Origin: an uncultured Chloroflexia bacterium | GTDB lineage: Bacteria > Chloroflexota > Limnocylindria > Limnocylindrales > CSP1-4 | Direction of reading: 5' to 3' | Assembly (NCBI GenBank): GCA_963734535.1 | Contig: CAVTHS010000003.1 | Span: 160,001-224,000, forward strand | Length of the DNA stretch: 64,000 bases | Part shown: positions 1 to 10,125 of the stretch, in pieces | How the letters are laid out: each line of letters starts with the position of its first letter | Numbering within the stretch: position 1 is the first letter of the stretch | Made by a program: the position numbers and the translations under genes | Notes under the pieces: model-generated | Database searches by the model: none | Told to the model about the DNA's origin: nothing | What the model saw: only the letters and a program-made list of their open reading frames with translations

Positions 1-1011
1 GGTGGGAAGCGCACGCGGCGCGTCTCGCCGTTCGTGCTCGAGGCGCTCGACCTGCCCGCGGGCGCGGAGCCGGCCACCCGTGCGATAGACCCGCTCGAGC
101 GTCTCGGCTCGTTCGAGGCACCGGCCGTCCCCGAGCCGGTCCTCGCGGTCGGACGGCCGGGCGAGCCGCTCGTCCTGAGCTTCAACCAGGTCGACGCCTA
201 CCTGACCTGCCCGCTCCGCTACAAGTACAGCCACGTCCTGCGCGTGCCCACGGCGCCGCACCACGCGATCGTGTATGGGTCCGCGCTCCATCTCGCGGTC
301 CAGGAGTTCCACAAGCGACACGCACGGGGCGTGGTGATGAGCGAGGCCGAGCTGACCGCCGTCTTCGAGCAGGCGTGGACCACGGAGGGCTTCGTCTCCC
401 GCGAGCACGAGGAGGCGCGCCTGGAGGCCGGCCGCGAGGCGCTCCGACGATTCCGCCGGAGCCAGCTGGAGCCGGGGGCGATCATCCCGGCGTGGGTCGA
501 GCGAGAGTTCGCCTTCACGCTGGACGGCGACCGGGTGCGGGGCCGGATGGACCGCGTCGACCTGGTCCCGCTCGGGGAGCCGCCCGACGGTGACGGCCCC
601 GGCAGTCCCGACTGGCGCGGGGCCGACGCGGTCGCCGACGCCGCCGACGTGGTCGAGCCGGCCCTGCCGCTCCTGCGCGAGCGCGTCGTGATCACCGACT
701 ACAAGAGCTCGGACGTGCGCGACCCGGCCAAGGCGCGCGAGCGGGCACGGGACTCGCTCCAGCTCACGATCTACGCGATGGCGTGGCAGGCAGAGACCGG
801 GCGTCTGCCGGATGCCGTGGCGCTCCATTTCCTCGATTCGGGGGTCGTCGGCACGGCCGGCGTCGACGCGGCGCGGATCGAGCGCGGAGTCGCCGACATC
901 CGCGCGGCAGCGGCCGGCATCCGAGCAGGCCGGTTCGAGGCGAGCCCCTCGTACACGTCGTGCTCGTGGTGCGCGTACCGCGCCATCTGCCCGTCGAGCG
1001 TCGCGCGCTAG
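1..1011 (+). CDS. 3' part of ATP-dependent helicase/nuclease (UvrD/AddA/AdnB-like) with C-terminal PD-(D/E)XK nuclease domain; 5'-truncated by window
   Basis: SFNQVDAYLTCPLRY, YGSALH, GRMDRVD...ITDYKS, LQLTIYA and CSWCAYRAIC (RecB-family nuclease motifs plus 4 Cys); the frame is open to the window edge (RRVSPFVLE resembles a UvrD C-terminal SRF motif). Confidence 0.8.
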   Translation, partial: GGKRTRRVSPFVLEALDLPAGAEPATRAIDPLERLGSFEAPAVPEPVLAVGRPGEPLVLSFNQVDAYLTCPLRYKYSHVLRVPTAPHHAIVYGSALHLAVQEFHKRHARGVVMSEAELTAVFEQAWTTEGFVSREHEEARLEAGREALRRFRRSQLEPGAIIPAWVEREFAFTLDGDRVRGRMDRVDLVPLGEPPDGDGPGSPDWRGADAVADAADVVEPALPLLRERVVITDYKSSDVRDPAKARERARDSLQLTIYAMAWQAETGRLPDAVALHFLDSGVVGTAGVDAARIERGVADIRAAAAGIRAGRFEASPSYTSCSWCAYRAICPSSVAR

Positions 1012-1020
1012 ACTCCCGGA

Positions 1021-1395
1021 GTGGAGGCACGGGACCGACTCGCCAACCTCGGGATCTTCGGGGCGGCGGCCGTCTCGTGGGTGCTCGTCGGACTCCTCGT
1101 CCTCACCCGCGACCCGCGCCAGGATCCCGCCGCCGGATTCGTCGGTGCCGCGCTGATGGGCCTCGCGATCGGGCTCACGACGGTCCCGCTCTTCTGGCTC
1201 GCGACGTTCGGACGGCACCGCCGGATCGCCTATCGGGGGGATTGGGTCCGCGCGGCGCGCCGCGGCCTGTGGGTGGGCCTCGTCACGGGCCTGTTCGTCG
1301 CCCTCCGCCTCCAGTCGATCCTGAGCCTGCCCATCGCCGTCTTCGTTGTCGTCCTCGTCGTGTTCGCCGAGCTCACGCTGTCGATCGAGCGCTGA
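1021..1395 (+). CDS. Hypothetical integral membrane protein (~4 TM)
   Basis: 124 aa with four hydrophobic segments; GTG start 6 nt after TAGACT. Confidence 0.75.
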   Translation: MEARDRLANLGIFGAAAVSWVLVGLLVLTRDPRQDPAAGFVGAALMGLAIGLTTVPLFWLATFGRHRRIAYRGDWVRAARRGLWVGLVTGLFVALRLQSILSLPIAVFVVVLVVFAELTLSIER

Positions 1396-1429
1396 GCGTG
1401 GCTCCTCGCTTCCCATCCTGGAGGTCCGC

Positions 1430-2612
1430 ATGCCCGCTCCGTCCGACCTGAAGACCCGCGCCGCGGCCGCCGTCGAGGCCAACCGCGACGAGATCCTGGC
1501 GCTCTCGCGGGCGATCCATGCCGACCCGGAGCCCGCCTTCGAGGAGCATCGCGCGGCGGCGCGGGTCGCGGCGTCGATCGCCGCCCACGGCTTCCTCGTG
1601 GAGCACCCGGCCGGCAGCCTCGCCACCGCCGTACGCGGCCGGCTGACCGGCGGCCTCGGATCCGATGGGCCGCGGATCGGCGTCCTCGCGGAGTACGACG
1701 CGCTGCCGGGCCTGGGCCATGGCTGCGGCCACAACACGATGGCCGCATCCGGCGTCGGCGCCGCGATCGCCCTCGCGGCGGTGCGCGACTCGTTCGCCGG
1801 GGAGGTCGTCTTCCTCGGAACACCGGCCGAGGAGCGGGGCAGCGGCAAGCAGTTCATGCTCGACGACGGGCTCTTCGATGGCCTGGACGCGGCGCTGCTC
1901 TTCCACCCGGCCGACCGCGACATGGTCCATGCCATCCTGCTCGCCAGCGAGGACGTGGACGTCACGTTCAGCGGCAGGGCCGCGCACGCCGCGAGCGAGC
2001 CGTGGGAGGGCAGGAACGCGCTCGACGCGGCCATCCTGCTGTTCGAGGCAGTCGGTCTGTGGCGCCAGCAGCTGCCCCAGCATGCCCGCGTCCACGGGAT
2101 CGTCGTGGAAGGTGGGACGGCCGCGAACATCATCCCGGACCGGGCGACCGCCCGGTTCATGATCCGGAGCACGGACCAGCCCTACTTCGATTCGATGCGT
2201 ACGCGGTTCCGGTCCCTGGTGGAGGGCGCCGCGCTGATGGCCGACGTGAAGGGCGAGGTGATCTTCTCCGGCCGCTCGACCACGATGAAGGAGAGCCGCA
2301 CCCTGGCCGGTCTCTGGCGCTCCAACATGGAGGCTCGCGGGCTGGTCGACGAGGGAGCCGACCCCGACCACATCGGCAGCTCCGACATGGGGAACGTGTC
2401 CCTGGTGCTCCCGACGATCCATCCGTCGCTCGCGATCTGCGACCACGGCGTGCCCTGGCACTCGGTCGAGTCGCTGCGGGCCGCGGCGACGCCCACGAGC
2501 CGAGGCGACGACGCTCGTCGCTGCGGCGCTCGTCGCCGAGACGGCGCTGGATCTGCTTGCCGATCCGTCCCTCGTCGCGGCAGCCTGGCGCGAGTTCCAC
2601 GGCGAGGGATAG
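1430..2612 (+). CDS. M20-family amidohydrolase (AbgB/ACY1L2-like); apparent +1 frameshift near 2492
   Basis: GGAGG SD then ATG1430; motifs EYDALPGLGHGCGHN, GTPAEE, GSSDMGNVS; the C-terminus (TLVAAALVAETALDLLADP...WREF) continues in another frame to TAG 2610-2612. Confidence 0.85.
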
Positions 2613-2759
2613 GAGCGGACCCGTCCGCGCGCTATCATCCGCGGGCGCCCCGCTGGACGATGGACCCGAACCGGCGGCGCCGACACCGACGGCCCCGCGT
2701 CCCCATCGCGCGCCATCGTCGGCGCTGCCACGACGCTCGCGGCCCGAGAGGAGCCTCGC

Positions 2760-3839
2760 GTGACCGACGCGAACGATCCGGTCGACGCCGCGCCCGACTA
2801 CGCCCACGCCAATGGGTGGGACCGCGAGTTCGAGGCGTTCGGCGACTTCGACCTGCCGACCTACGTCGGCCCGTCGACGTTCGCCAAGCTGCCCTGGGTG
2901 ACCGACCCGGCCGAGCTGCGGCGGCGCACCGTGGACGTGGCGATCGTGGGCGCGCCGTTCGACGACGCGGTCAGCCACCGGCCGGGCGCGCGCTTCGGGC
3001 CCCGCGCGATCCGCGAGGCACAGTACAGCACGGGGTCGCTCCACTCGCTCCAGCTGGGGGTGGAGCCGTTCGAGATCCTGACGGTCGTGGATGCCGGCGA
3101 CGCGAACATCATCCCCGCCTGGATCGAGCGAAGCCATGCGTTCATCTACCGCAAGGTCCGCGAGGTCGCCGAGACCGGGGCCATCCCGATCGTGCTGGGC
3201 GGCGACCACTCGATCACGTGGCCATCGGCAACGGCCGTCGCCGAGGTTCGCAGGCCGGGCACCCTCGGGATCATCCACTTCGACGCGCACGCAGACACCG
3301 CGCCCGAGGACTGGGGCGTGCTGGCGGGCCACGGAACGCCGATGCGGCGGCTCATCGAGTCCGGGGCGGTCGCCGGCCGCAACTTCGTGCAGGTCGGCCT
3401 GCGCGGCTACTGGCCGCCGGTGGACGTCTTCGCCTGGATGCAGCAGCAGGGGATGCGCTGGCATCTCATGCGGGAGATCGAGGAGCGCGGCATGGAGGCC
3501 GTCGTCGACCATGCGATCGGCGAGGCGCTGGAGGGCGCCGACGCGATCTATCTGTCCGTCGACATCGACGTCCTCGATCCCGGCATGGCGCCCGGGACGG
3601 GGACGCCGGAACCGGGTGGGCTCCTGACCCGCGAGCTGCTCCGGGCGATCCGCCGCATCGTCGGCGCGGTGGACCTTGCCGGGATGGACATCGTGGAGGT
3701 GGCGCCGCCGTACGACCACGCCGAGGTGACCGCGATGGCGGCCAACCGCTGCGCGATGGAGGCCATCGCGGCGCTTGCCGCGAAGCGCGTCGCGGGTTCT
3801 CCGGTGCGCTTCGCCGGCCGCGGGACGCGACCGTCGTGA
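2760..3839 (+). CDS. speB: Agmatinase / ureohydrolase family
   Basis: GARFGPRAIR, LGGDHS, DAHAD, HGTP and SVDIDVLDP Mn-binding motifs; GAGGAG SD; exact substrate not determinable. Confidence 0.85.
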   Translation: MTDANDPVDAAPDYAHANGWDREFEAFGDFDLPTYVGPSTFAKLPWVTDPAELRRRTVDVAIVGAPFDDAVSHRPGARFGPRAIREAQYSTGSLHSLQLGVEPFEILTVVDAGDANIIPAWIERSHAFIYRKVREVAETGAIPIVLGGDHSITWPSATAVAEVRRPGTLGIIHFDAHADTAPEDWGVLAGHGTPMRRLIESGAVAGRNFVQVGLRGYWPPVDVFAWMQQQGMRWHLMREIEERGMEAVVDHAIGEALEGADAIYLSVDIDVLDPGMAPGTGTPEPGGLLTRELLRAIRRIVGAVDLAGMDIVEVAPPYDHAEVTAMAANRCAMEAIAALAAKRVAGSPVRFAGRGTRPS

Positions 3840-4651
3840 GCCAGATCAACGGGACCCCCGGGCCCGAGCCGCTCCCCGACGCGCTGGCGCGACTCTACGA
3901 CCTGGACCTGCTCGACGATCCGGGGGACATGGACCTCTGGCTCGCGCTCGCGGAGCAGGCCGAAGGGCCGATCCTCGAGCTGATGGCCGGGACGGGACGC
4001 GTCGCGGTCCCGCTGGCGGAGGCGGGGTTCGCGGTCACCGCCGTCGACCTGGACCCCGCCATGCTGCGGCGCGCGGCCCGCCGTGCGGCCGCGGCGGGCG
4101 AGGATGTCGAGGCGCGCCTGGACCTCGTCCTCGGCGATGTCCTGGGCCTGGAGCTCGCCGCGGCCGGAACGTTCCGGCTCGGAATCGTGCCCCTCAACTC
4201 GATGCTGCTCCTCCGGACGCGCGAGGCGCAGGGAACCGCCTGGGCCGCCCTCGCGGCGCACCTCGCCCCCGGCGGCCTGGCCGCCGTCGACGCCTGGCTG
4301 CCCGACGCTGCGGACCTGGCCCGCTACGACGGTCGGCTCCACCTCGAGTACCTGCGGCGGGATCCGGAGCGTGGCCGCTGGGTCACGAAGACCGCAGCTG
4401 CCCAGCACGACGGGGCGACCGGGACGATCGCCCTGACGACGTTCTTCGACGAAGGCGAGGCCGGAGAGGCGGCCGTCCGATGGTTTCGTCGCGACGTGGT
4501 GCGCCTCACCTCCGCCGACGAACAGCGCGCCCTGGCAGAGGCGGCCGGCCTCGCGGTGGAGCTGGTTGCCGGCGGCTACGACCTGGAGCCGCTCGGACCG
4601 CACGACGACCGCCTGATCGTCCTTGCGCGCAAGCCCGGTGACGGGGCCTGA
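3836..4651 (+). CDS. Class I SAM-dependent methyltransferase
   Basis: GTGA overlap with speB stop; ILELMAGTGR, VTAVDLDPAML, HLAPGG motifs. Confidence 0.85.
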   Translation: MSQINGTPGPEPLPDALARLYDLDLLDDPGDMDLWLALAEQAEGPILELMAGTGRVAVPLAEAGFAVTAVDLDPAMLRRAARRAAAAGEDVEARLDLVLGDVLGLELAAAGTFRLGIVPLNSMLLLRTREAQGTAWAALAAHLAPGGLAAVDAWLPDAADLARYDGRLHLEYLRRDPERGRWVTKTAAAQHDGATGTIALTTFFDEGEAGEAAVRWFRRDVVRLTSADEQRALAEAAGLAVELVAGGYDLEPLGPHDDRLIVLARKPGDGA

Positions 4652-4671
4652 GTCTGGTATCGTCGGCGTCG

Positions 4672-5817
4672 ATGTCGGGTTCCGCGCAGATCCGCCTGCT
4701 CCTGGTCGAGGATGTGCCACAGGTCGCCCAGTACGTCCGCGGCCTGCTGAACGCCCAGCAGGCGATCAAGCTGGTCGACGTCGTGACCGACGGGGGCCAT
4801 GTGGTGGCACAGGTCCAGCAGCTGCGCCCCGATGTCATCGTCGTCGACTGGCTGCTCCAGGGTCGGACGAAGGGGCGCCGGGTGGTCGAGGTGCTCCACG
4901 AGGGCGGCCTGCACATCCCCGTGATCGCGCTCACGGTCCCGCAGAGCCCTGTCGAGCCCGATCCGAAGGCCGGGATCGCCGCGGTCATCTCGATGCCGTT
5001 CTCCGGGTTCGAGCTGGTGAACGTCGTGAACGCGGTCCATGCTGCCGCCTCGGCGAGCGACGGTCTGCACGGCTCCCGCGTGATCGCCGTCTTCGCGCCG
5101 AAGGGTGGCGTCGGGAAGACCACGATCGCGTTCAACCTCGCGGTCGCGCTCGCGACGCTGGGCCACCGCACCTGCCTGATGGATGGAAGCCTCCAGTTCG
5201 GCGACCTCCGCTCGCTCCTCAAGGTGCCAGGGGACGCGCCATCCATCCTCGACCTGCCGACCGACCGGGTCGGCGAGTCGGACCTCGCCGACGTTCTGTG
5301 GCGTGACCCATCGGGGATCGACATCCTGCTCGCGCCCCCCCGGGTGGAGCTCGCCGAGATGGTGAGCGTCCGGGACATCGACAAGGTCGTGTCGCTCCTG
5401 CGGCGGGTCTACAACGTCGTGGTGATCGACATGGCTGCGACCCTGGGGGACGTCTCGCTCGCCATCCTCGATGCTGCGGACACGGTCCTGCAGATCGTCA
5501 CGTACGACTCGACGACCATCCGCAACACGCTCGCCGTGGCCGACGCGTTCCGCGCCATCGGCTACCCGGCGGGAAAGGTGCGCTACGTCGTGAACCGCGC
5601 GGACTCCGGGGGTGGGATCCGGCCCGACGACCTGGCCCGGGCCCTCGGCAAGGCGCCCGACCACTCGATCATCTCGGACGGCAGGCTCGTCGTCGAGTCC
5701 AACAACCAGGGCGTGCCGTTCGTGCTCGCGAGCCCGGGGGCCCAGATCAGCCGCGACGTCGCGGCCATGGCCGCGTCGCTCCTCGCGGCACCTGCGCCGG
5801 CCGCCGCCCGGCGCTGA
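4672..5817 (+). CDS. Receiver domain + MinD/ParA ATPase (CpaE/TadZ-like)
   Basis: N-terminal REC (LLVED, VIVVD); KGGVGKTT deviant Walker A; LQFGDL, VVNR and NNQGVPFV typical of CpaE. Confidence 0.85.
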   Translation: MSGSAQIRLLLVEDVPQVAQYVRGLLNAQQAIKLVDVVTDGGHVVAQVQQLRPDVIVVDWLLQGRTKGRRVVEVLHEGGLHIPVIALTVPQSPVEPDPKAGIAAVISMPFSGFELVNVVNAVHAAASASDGLHGSRVIAVFAPKGGVGKTTIAFNLAVALATLGHRTCLMDGSLQFGDLRSLLKVPGDAPSILDLPTDRVGESDLADVLWRDPSGIDILLAPPRVELAEMVSVRDIDKVVSLLRRVYNVVVIDMAATLGDVSLAILDAADTVLQIVTYDSTTIRNTLAVADAFRAIGYPAGKVRYVVNRADSGGGIRPDDLARALGKAPDHSIISDGRLVVESNNQGVPFVLASPGAQISRDVAAMAASLLAAPAPAAARR

Positions 5818-5821
5818 GCCG

Positions 5822-6742
5822 ATGTCCGACCCGCGTCCGATCGGGGTCTTCGATTCCGGCGTTGGCGGGCTGACCGTCCTGCGCGAGATCCTGCGTCGCA
5901 CGCCCCACGAGAGCCTGACGTACCTGGGCGACAACGCCCGGGCGCCATACGGGACGCGGTCCGACGCAGACGTGCGCCGGTTCTCGATCGAATGCCTGGA
6001 TCGCCTCGTGGACCAGGACGTCAAGGCGCTCGTGGTCGCCTGCAACACGTCCACCGCCGTCGCGCTCGGCGAGTACCGCCGCCGCTACGACATTCCGGTT
6101 CTCGGCGTCATCAGGCCCGGCGCCCAGGCCGCGGCGCTCGCGACGAGGACGCGCCGCGTGGGCGTGATCGCCACGCCGGCCACGATCCGCTCGCACGCCT
6201 ACTTCGACGCGATCAAGGAAGAGAACCCCGCGGTCGAGGTCTACGAGCACGCAACGCCGACGCTCGTGCCGCTCGTGGAGGCGGGGGTGCTCTCCGGCGC
6301 CGCCGCCGTCGCCGCGGTCGGGGAGGCGCTGGGCCCGCTGCTGGGCCGGCGAGACGAGCGCGGCGAGTTCATCCACCCGCTGCCGCCGTCGGCGAAGATC
6401 GACACGCTGCTGCTCGGATGCACGCACTACCCGCTCCTCCGGCCGATCATCCAGGCGGCCGTCGGCGAGGGGGTCGCGATCGTCGACAGCGCGACGGCGA
6501 CCGCCGGGGCGCTCGCCGAGCTGCTCTCCGTGAACGGCCTCGAGGCGCCCGGGACCACCCGCGGCACTGCGGCTGACGCGGGAAGCGCAGGCCACGACGC
6601 GCCCGGGGAACGGGCTGTTCCCCCCACCCGTCGCCTGCTGACGACCGGTAACCTCGCATCCTTCCAGGCGCTGGTGGACCGGCTCTTCGGGGCCGACTTC
6701 CCCACCGCCGAGACCGCCGCGGTCGGCGCGGACGCGGCCTGA
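5822..6742 (+). CDS. murI: Glutamate racemase
   Basis: IGVFDSGVGGLTV, PYG, VACNT and LGCTHYP signature motifs. Confidence 0.95.
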   Translation: MSDPRPIGVFDSGVGGLTVLREILRRTPHESLTYLGDNARAPYGTRSDADVRRFSIECLDRLVDQDVKALVVACNTSTAVALGEYRRRYDIPVLGVIRPGAQAAALATRTRRVGVIATPATIRSHAYFDAIKEENPAVEVYEHATPTLVPLVEAGVLSGAAAVAAVGEALGPLLGRRDERGEFIHPLPPSAKIDTLLLGCTHYPLLRPIIQAAVGEGVAIVDSATATAGALAELLSVNGLEAPGTTRGTAADAGSAGHDAPGERAVPPTRRLLTTGNLASFQALVDRLFGADFPTAETAAVGADAA

Positions 6743-6750
6743 GGGCGGCG

Positions 6751-7956
6751 ATGGCGGCGGGACGGGGCGGGGCGCGTCGCCCGACCGGACGATCGTCCGG
6801 CGGCACGTGGCAGGCCGGGTTCCTGGTGGGCGCGGCGCTCGGCGCGGTCATCACGGTCCTCGGCCGGCGGGCCGAGGACGAGGCGCGCACGGGCCTCGTG
6901 GACTGGCAGGCGGTGGGCCGTCTCGCCGAGGCTCGCCTTCGACATGCCCCGGGCCGGCTGGGCGCGTCCGAGATCGCGACCACCGAGCCGGCCTATGCAG
7001 CCGCGATGGCGCGCGTGGTCCCGGCGCTGGAGAAGGCGCTCGGCGTCCCGCTCCCCGGGATCGTCGATCGCGTCGCGGTGGTGGATCGCGCGGGCTGGGT
7101 GGAGGCCAACCTGGTCACGTTCGCCGACCTCTTCGGGAAGCTGGAGAGCGGGCTCATCGACCAGCTGGTGCCACAGGGCGCCGGCCTCGTCAAGGCCTCG
7201 ATGGCCCTTGCCAACCGGTGGGTCACCACGCGGCAGCTCGCCTTCCTGCTCGGCTTCATGGGCCAGCGGGTGCTCGGCCAGTACGACCTCGCGCTCCTCT
7301 CGGCGGAAGCCGAGCCCGGCCAGCTGCTCTTCGTGGAGGAGAACATCCGGGCGACCGCGGCGGCCCTCCGCGTCGACGTGGCGCCGTTCCGGACCTGGAT
7401 CGCTCTCCACGAGACGACGCACGCCTTCGAGTTCGAGGCCCACCCCTGGTTGCGGCCCTACCTGGCGGAGCGCCTGGACCGGCAGCTTCGCGCGTTCTCA
7501 CGGAGCACGTCGTCGCTCGGCGGTGACGCGACGAAGGCGCTCGGGCGGGCGCTTCGCGGCGGCGACGGTCACTGGCTGGAGCGCCTCATGTCCGACGAGC
7601 AGCGGACGCTCTTCCGCGAGACCCAGGCCGTGATGAGCCTGCTCGAAGGGTTCGGTGACCACGTCATGGACTCCGTCGGGAAGGACCTGGTACCGGGCGT
7701 CGAGACGATCTCCGCGCGGTTCCACGCCCGGCGTGCGTCGCGAACCCCGATGGAGCGGGCGATCCTGCGGATCACGGGGCTGGACCTGAAGATGGAGCAG
7801 TACGCGCGGGGCGAACGCTTCGTGGCCGGGATCGAGCGGCTCGGCGGCCCCATCGCGCTGCGCCGCCTCTGGGATGGCCCGGAGACGCTTCCCCGCGCAG
7901 ACGAGCTCGACCACCCCGAGCGCTGGACGCAGCGCGTCCTGCGGACCGTCGCGTGA
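6751..7956 (+). CDS. Zinc-dependent metalloprotease-like protein (zincin, DUF2342-like)
   Basis: VLGQYD, WIALHETTH (HExxH), MSLLEG, KMEQY..GERF. Confidence 0.85.
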   Translation: MAAGRGGARRPTGRSSGGTWQAGFLVGAALGAVITVLGRRAEDEARTGLVDWQAVGRLAEARLRHAPGRLGASEIATTEPAYAAAMARVVPALEKALGVPLPGIVDRVAVVDRAGWVEANLVTFADLFGKLESGLIDQLVPQGAGLVKASMALANRWVTTRQLAFLLGFMGQRVLGQYDLALLSAEAEPGQLLFVEENIRATAAALRVDVAPFRTWIALHETTHAFEFEAHPWLRPYLAERLDRQLRAFSRSTSSLGGDATKALGRALRGGDGHWLERLMSDEQRTLFRETQAVMSLLEGFGDHVMDSVGKDLVPGVETISARFHARRASRTPMERAILRITGLDLKMEQYARGERFVAGIERLGGPIALRRLWDGPETLPRADELDHPERWTQRVLRTVA

Positions 7957-9017
7957 CCGGCGAGCCGGCTGGGGCGACGACGGGGCCGGGACCGGGGAGC
8001 GGTCCCGGTCCGGGGCACGGCCCCGATGGCGTCCCCCTCGCGATCGCGCTCTCGCCGATCCTGTCGGCGCGCTACCGGCCCCAGGACGTGGCCCGGATCG
8101 CCGCCGCGGCGCCGGGAGCGCGGCTCATCACGCTCTCGCGGGAGGGGCTCGCCGACGGCCCGGTCGACGACGTGGAGGTGCTGCTCCACGGGTTCCTCGC
8201 GGCCGACGCCTTCGAACGGCTCCTGTCGCGCGCCCCGTCCCTGCGCTGGGTGCACTCGGCCGCGGCCGGCGTCGAGCGCCTCCTCACGCCGGCGGCCCGG
8301 GCACGGGGGCTGGCCATCACGAATGCCCGCGGCGTCTTCAGCCGGCCGATCGCGGAATATGTGCTGCTGATGGTGCTTGCGGTCAGCCGCCGCCTCCCGC
8401 AGCTCCTCGAGCTCCAGGCGGAGCGGACCTGGCAGCCGCTGGAGGCGCGCGAGCTGCGGGACGTCACGCTCGGGATCGTCGGCTTCGGGAGCATCGGGCG
8501 GGCGGTCGCGGAGCTGGCCGCGCCATTCGGGCCTCGCGTGATCGCCACGCGCCGTCACCCGTCGCTGCAGCCGGACGAGCCGCCGCTCCCCGCGGGCGTG
8601 GAGCTGCGTGGTCCCGAGGCGTTCGGTGACCTCCTCGCGATGTCGGACTTCGTGGTCCTGGCCCTTCCTCTCACCGTGGAGACGGAGGACCTCGTGGACG
8701 ATCGCGCGCTCGCGCTCATGAAGCGGACCGCGTGGCTGATCAACGTGGCGCGCGGCCGCCTCATCGTGGAGCGGGCCCTGCTTCGCGCGCTGCAGGAGGG
8801 CCGGCTGGGAGGCGCCGTGCTCGACGCGTTCCGCGACGAGCCGCTTCCGCCCACGTCCCCTTTCTACGACCTCTCCAACGTGATCCTGACGCCCCACACG
8901 GCGTGGTCGAGCGGGCGAGTCCTGGATCGGAGCGTCGAGCTGTTCGCGGACAACCTGCGCCGGTTCGCCACGGGGGAGCCGCTGGTCAACAGCGTGGACG
9001 CCGGCGCCGGATACTGA
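7953..9017 (+). CDS. D-2-hydroxyacid dehydrogenase
   Basis: GIVGFGSIG Rossmann motif, INVARG, LDAF, TPHTAW. Confidence 0.9.
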   Translation: MTGEPAGATTGPGPGSGPGPGHGPDGVPLAIALSPILSARYRPQDVARIAAAAPGARLITLSREGLADGPVDDVEVLLHGFLAADAFERLLSRAPSLRWVHSAAAGVERLLTPAARARGLAITNARGVFSRPIAEYVLLMVLAVSRRLPQLLELQAERTWQPLEARELRDVTLGIVGFGSIGRAVAELAAPFGPRVIATRRHPSLQPDEPPLPAGVELRGPEAFGDLLAMSDFVVLALPLTVETEDLVDDRALALMKRTAWLINVARGRLIVERALLRALQEGRLGGAVLDAFRDEPLPPTSPFYDLSNVILTPHTAWSSGRVLDRSVELFADNLRRFATGEPLVNSVDAGAGY

Positions 9018-9021
9018 CAGC

Positions 9022-10125
9022 ATGCAGATCGCGATCGTCGGGCTGGCCGGCTCGGGCAAGACCACCGTCTTCAACACGCTCACCCGGGGGAACGTCCAGA
9101 CCGGCGGCTTCGGTGGGCTGGAGCTGCACGTGGGCGTCGTCAAGGTCCCGGATCCACGCCTGGACCGCCTCGCCGGGATCTTCCACCCGAAGAAGGTCGT
9201 GCACGCGGACGTGACATACGTGGACCTGCCCGCTCCGCCGGCCTCCACCGAGGGACACGTGGGCACCGAGGAGCTTCCCGCGGAGCACCTGGCCCGCCTT
9301 CGAGACGCCGATGCGCTGCTCCACGTGGTCCGCGCGTGGGACGATCCCGCGCTGCCGCATGCATCCGGGTCCGTCGACCCCTGGCGGGACCTCGAGCAGC
9401 TCGACCTGGAGTTCGTCCTGGCGGATCTGTCGGTCGTGGACCGCCGGCTGGAGCGGCTGCGTGGCACCGGACGCCACGGCACCCCGGCGGAGCGAGAGGC
9501 GAACGAGCGCGAGGCGCCGCTCCTGGAGCGGCTCCGGGCGCGCCTCGTGGATGGCCACCCGATCCGCGACGAGGCGCTCGACGCCGACGAGGAGAAGCAC
9601 CTGCGGGGCTTCCGCTTCCTCACCCAGAAGCCCGTCCTGATCCTGCTCAACGTGGGTGAGGGCGACCTGGCCGCGGCCCCGGCGAGGGTGGCCGAGATGA
9701 CCGCGCGGTACCCGCACCGTCACGCCCTGATCGACCTGCTGTCCGCCCGGATCGAGATGGAGCTCGGCCAGCTGGACCCGGACGAGGCGGCGGTCTTCGG
9801 CGCGGAGCTGGGCATCACCGAGTCGTCGCTCGATCGGGTGATCGGGCTCTCCTACCGGCTCCTCGGGCTCGTCTCGTTCCTGACCGCCGGGCCAGACGAG
9901 GTCCGCGCCTGGCCGATCCCGGATGGCTCGACGGCTGTTGACGCGGCGGCCGCGATCCACACCGACCTTGCCCATGGCTTCATCCGGGCCGAGACCGTCC
10001 TGTACGAGGACCTCGTGGCGCTCGGGACGATGGCCGAGGCGCGCCGCCACGGCAAGCTGCGGTCCGAGGGCAAGACGTACCGCGTCCGGGACGGCGACGT
10101 CCTCGAGATCCTCTTCTCCAAGTGA
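9022..10125 (+). CDS. ychF: Ribosome-binding ATPase YchF (Obg family)
   Basis: GLAGSGKTT, VKVPDPRLD, LTQKP, EVRAW, IHTDLAHGFIRAE, EGKTYRVRDGD. Confidence 0.92.
   Translation: MQIAIVGLAGSGKTTVFNTLTRGNVQTGGFGGLELHVGVVKVPDPRLDRLAGIFHPKKVVHADVTYVDLPAPPASTEGHVGTEELPAEHLARLRDADALLHVVRAWDDPALPHASGSVDPWRDLEQLDLEFVLADLSVVDRRLERLRGTGRHGTPAEREANEREAPLLERLRARLVDGHPIRDEALDADEEKHLRGFRFLTQKPVLILLNVGEGDLAAAPARVAEMTARYPHRHALIDLLSARIEMELGQLDPDEAAVFGAELGITESSLDRVIGLSYRLLGLVSFLTAGPDEVRAWPIPDGSTAVDAAAAIHTDLAHGFIRAETVLYEDLVALGTMAEARRHGKLRSEGKTYRVRDGDVLEILFSK

Noticed and set aside
1-1011. Cas4 gene
   Set aside because: The frame is open upstream with a helicase-like tail and there is no CRISPR/cas context; a helicase-nuclease C-terminus fits better
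1346-4651. 1101-aa ORF appearing to fuse an amidohydrolase to a methyltransferase
   Set aside because: Artefact of the frameshift near 2492; the middle is off-frame Arg-rich sequence overlapping the real agmatinase
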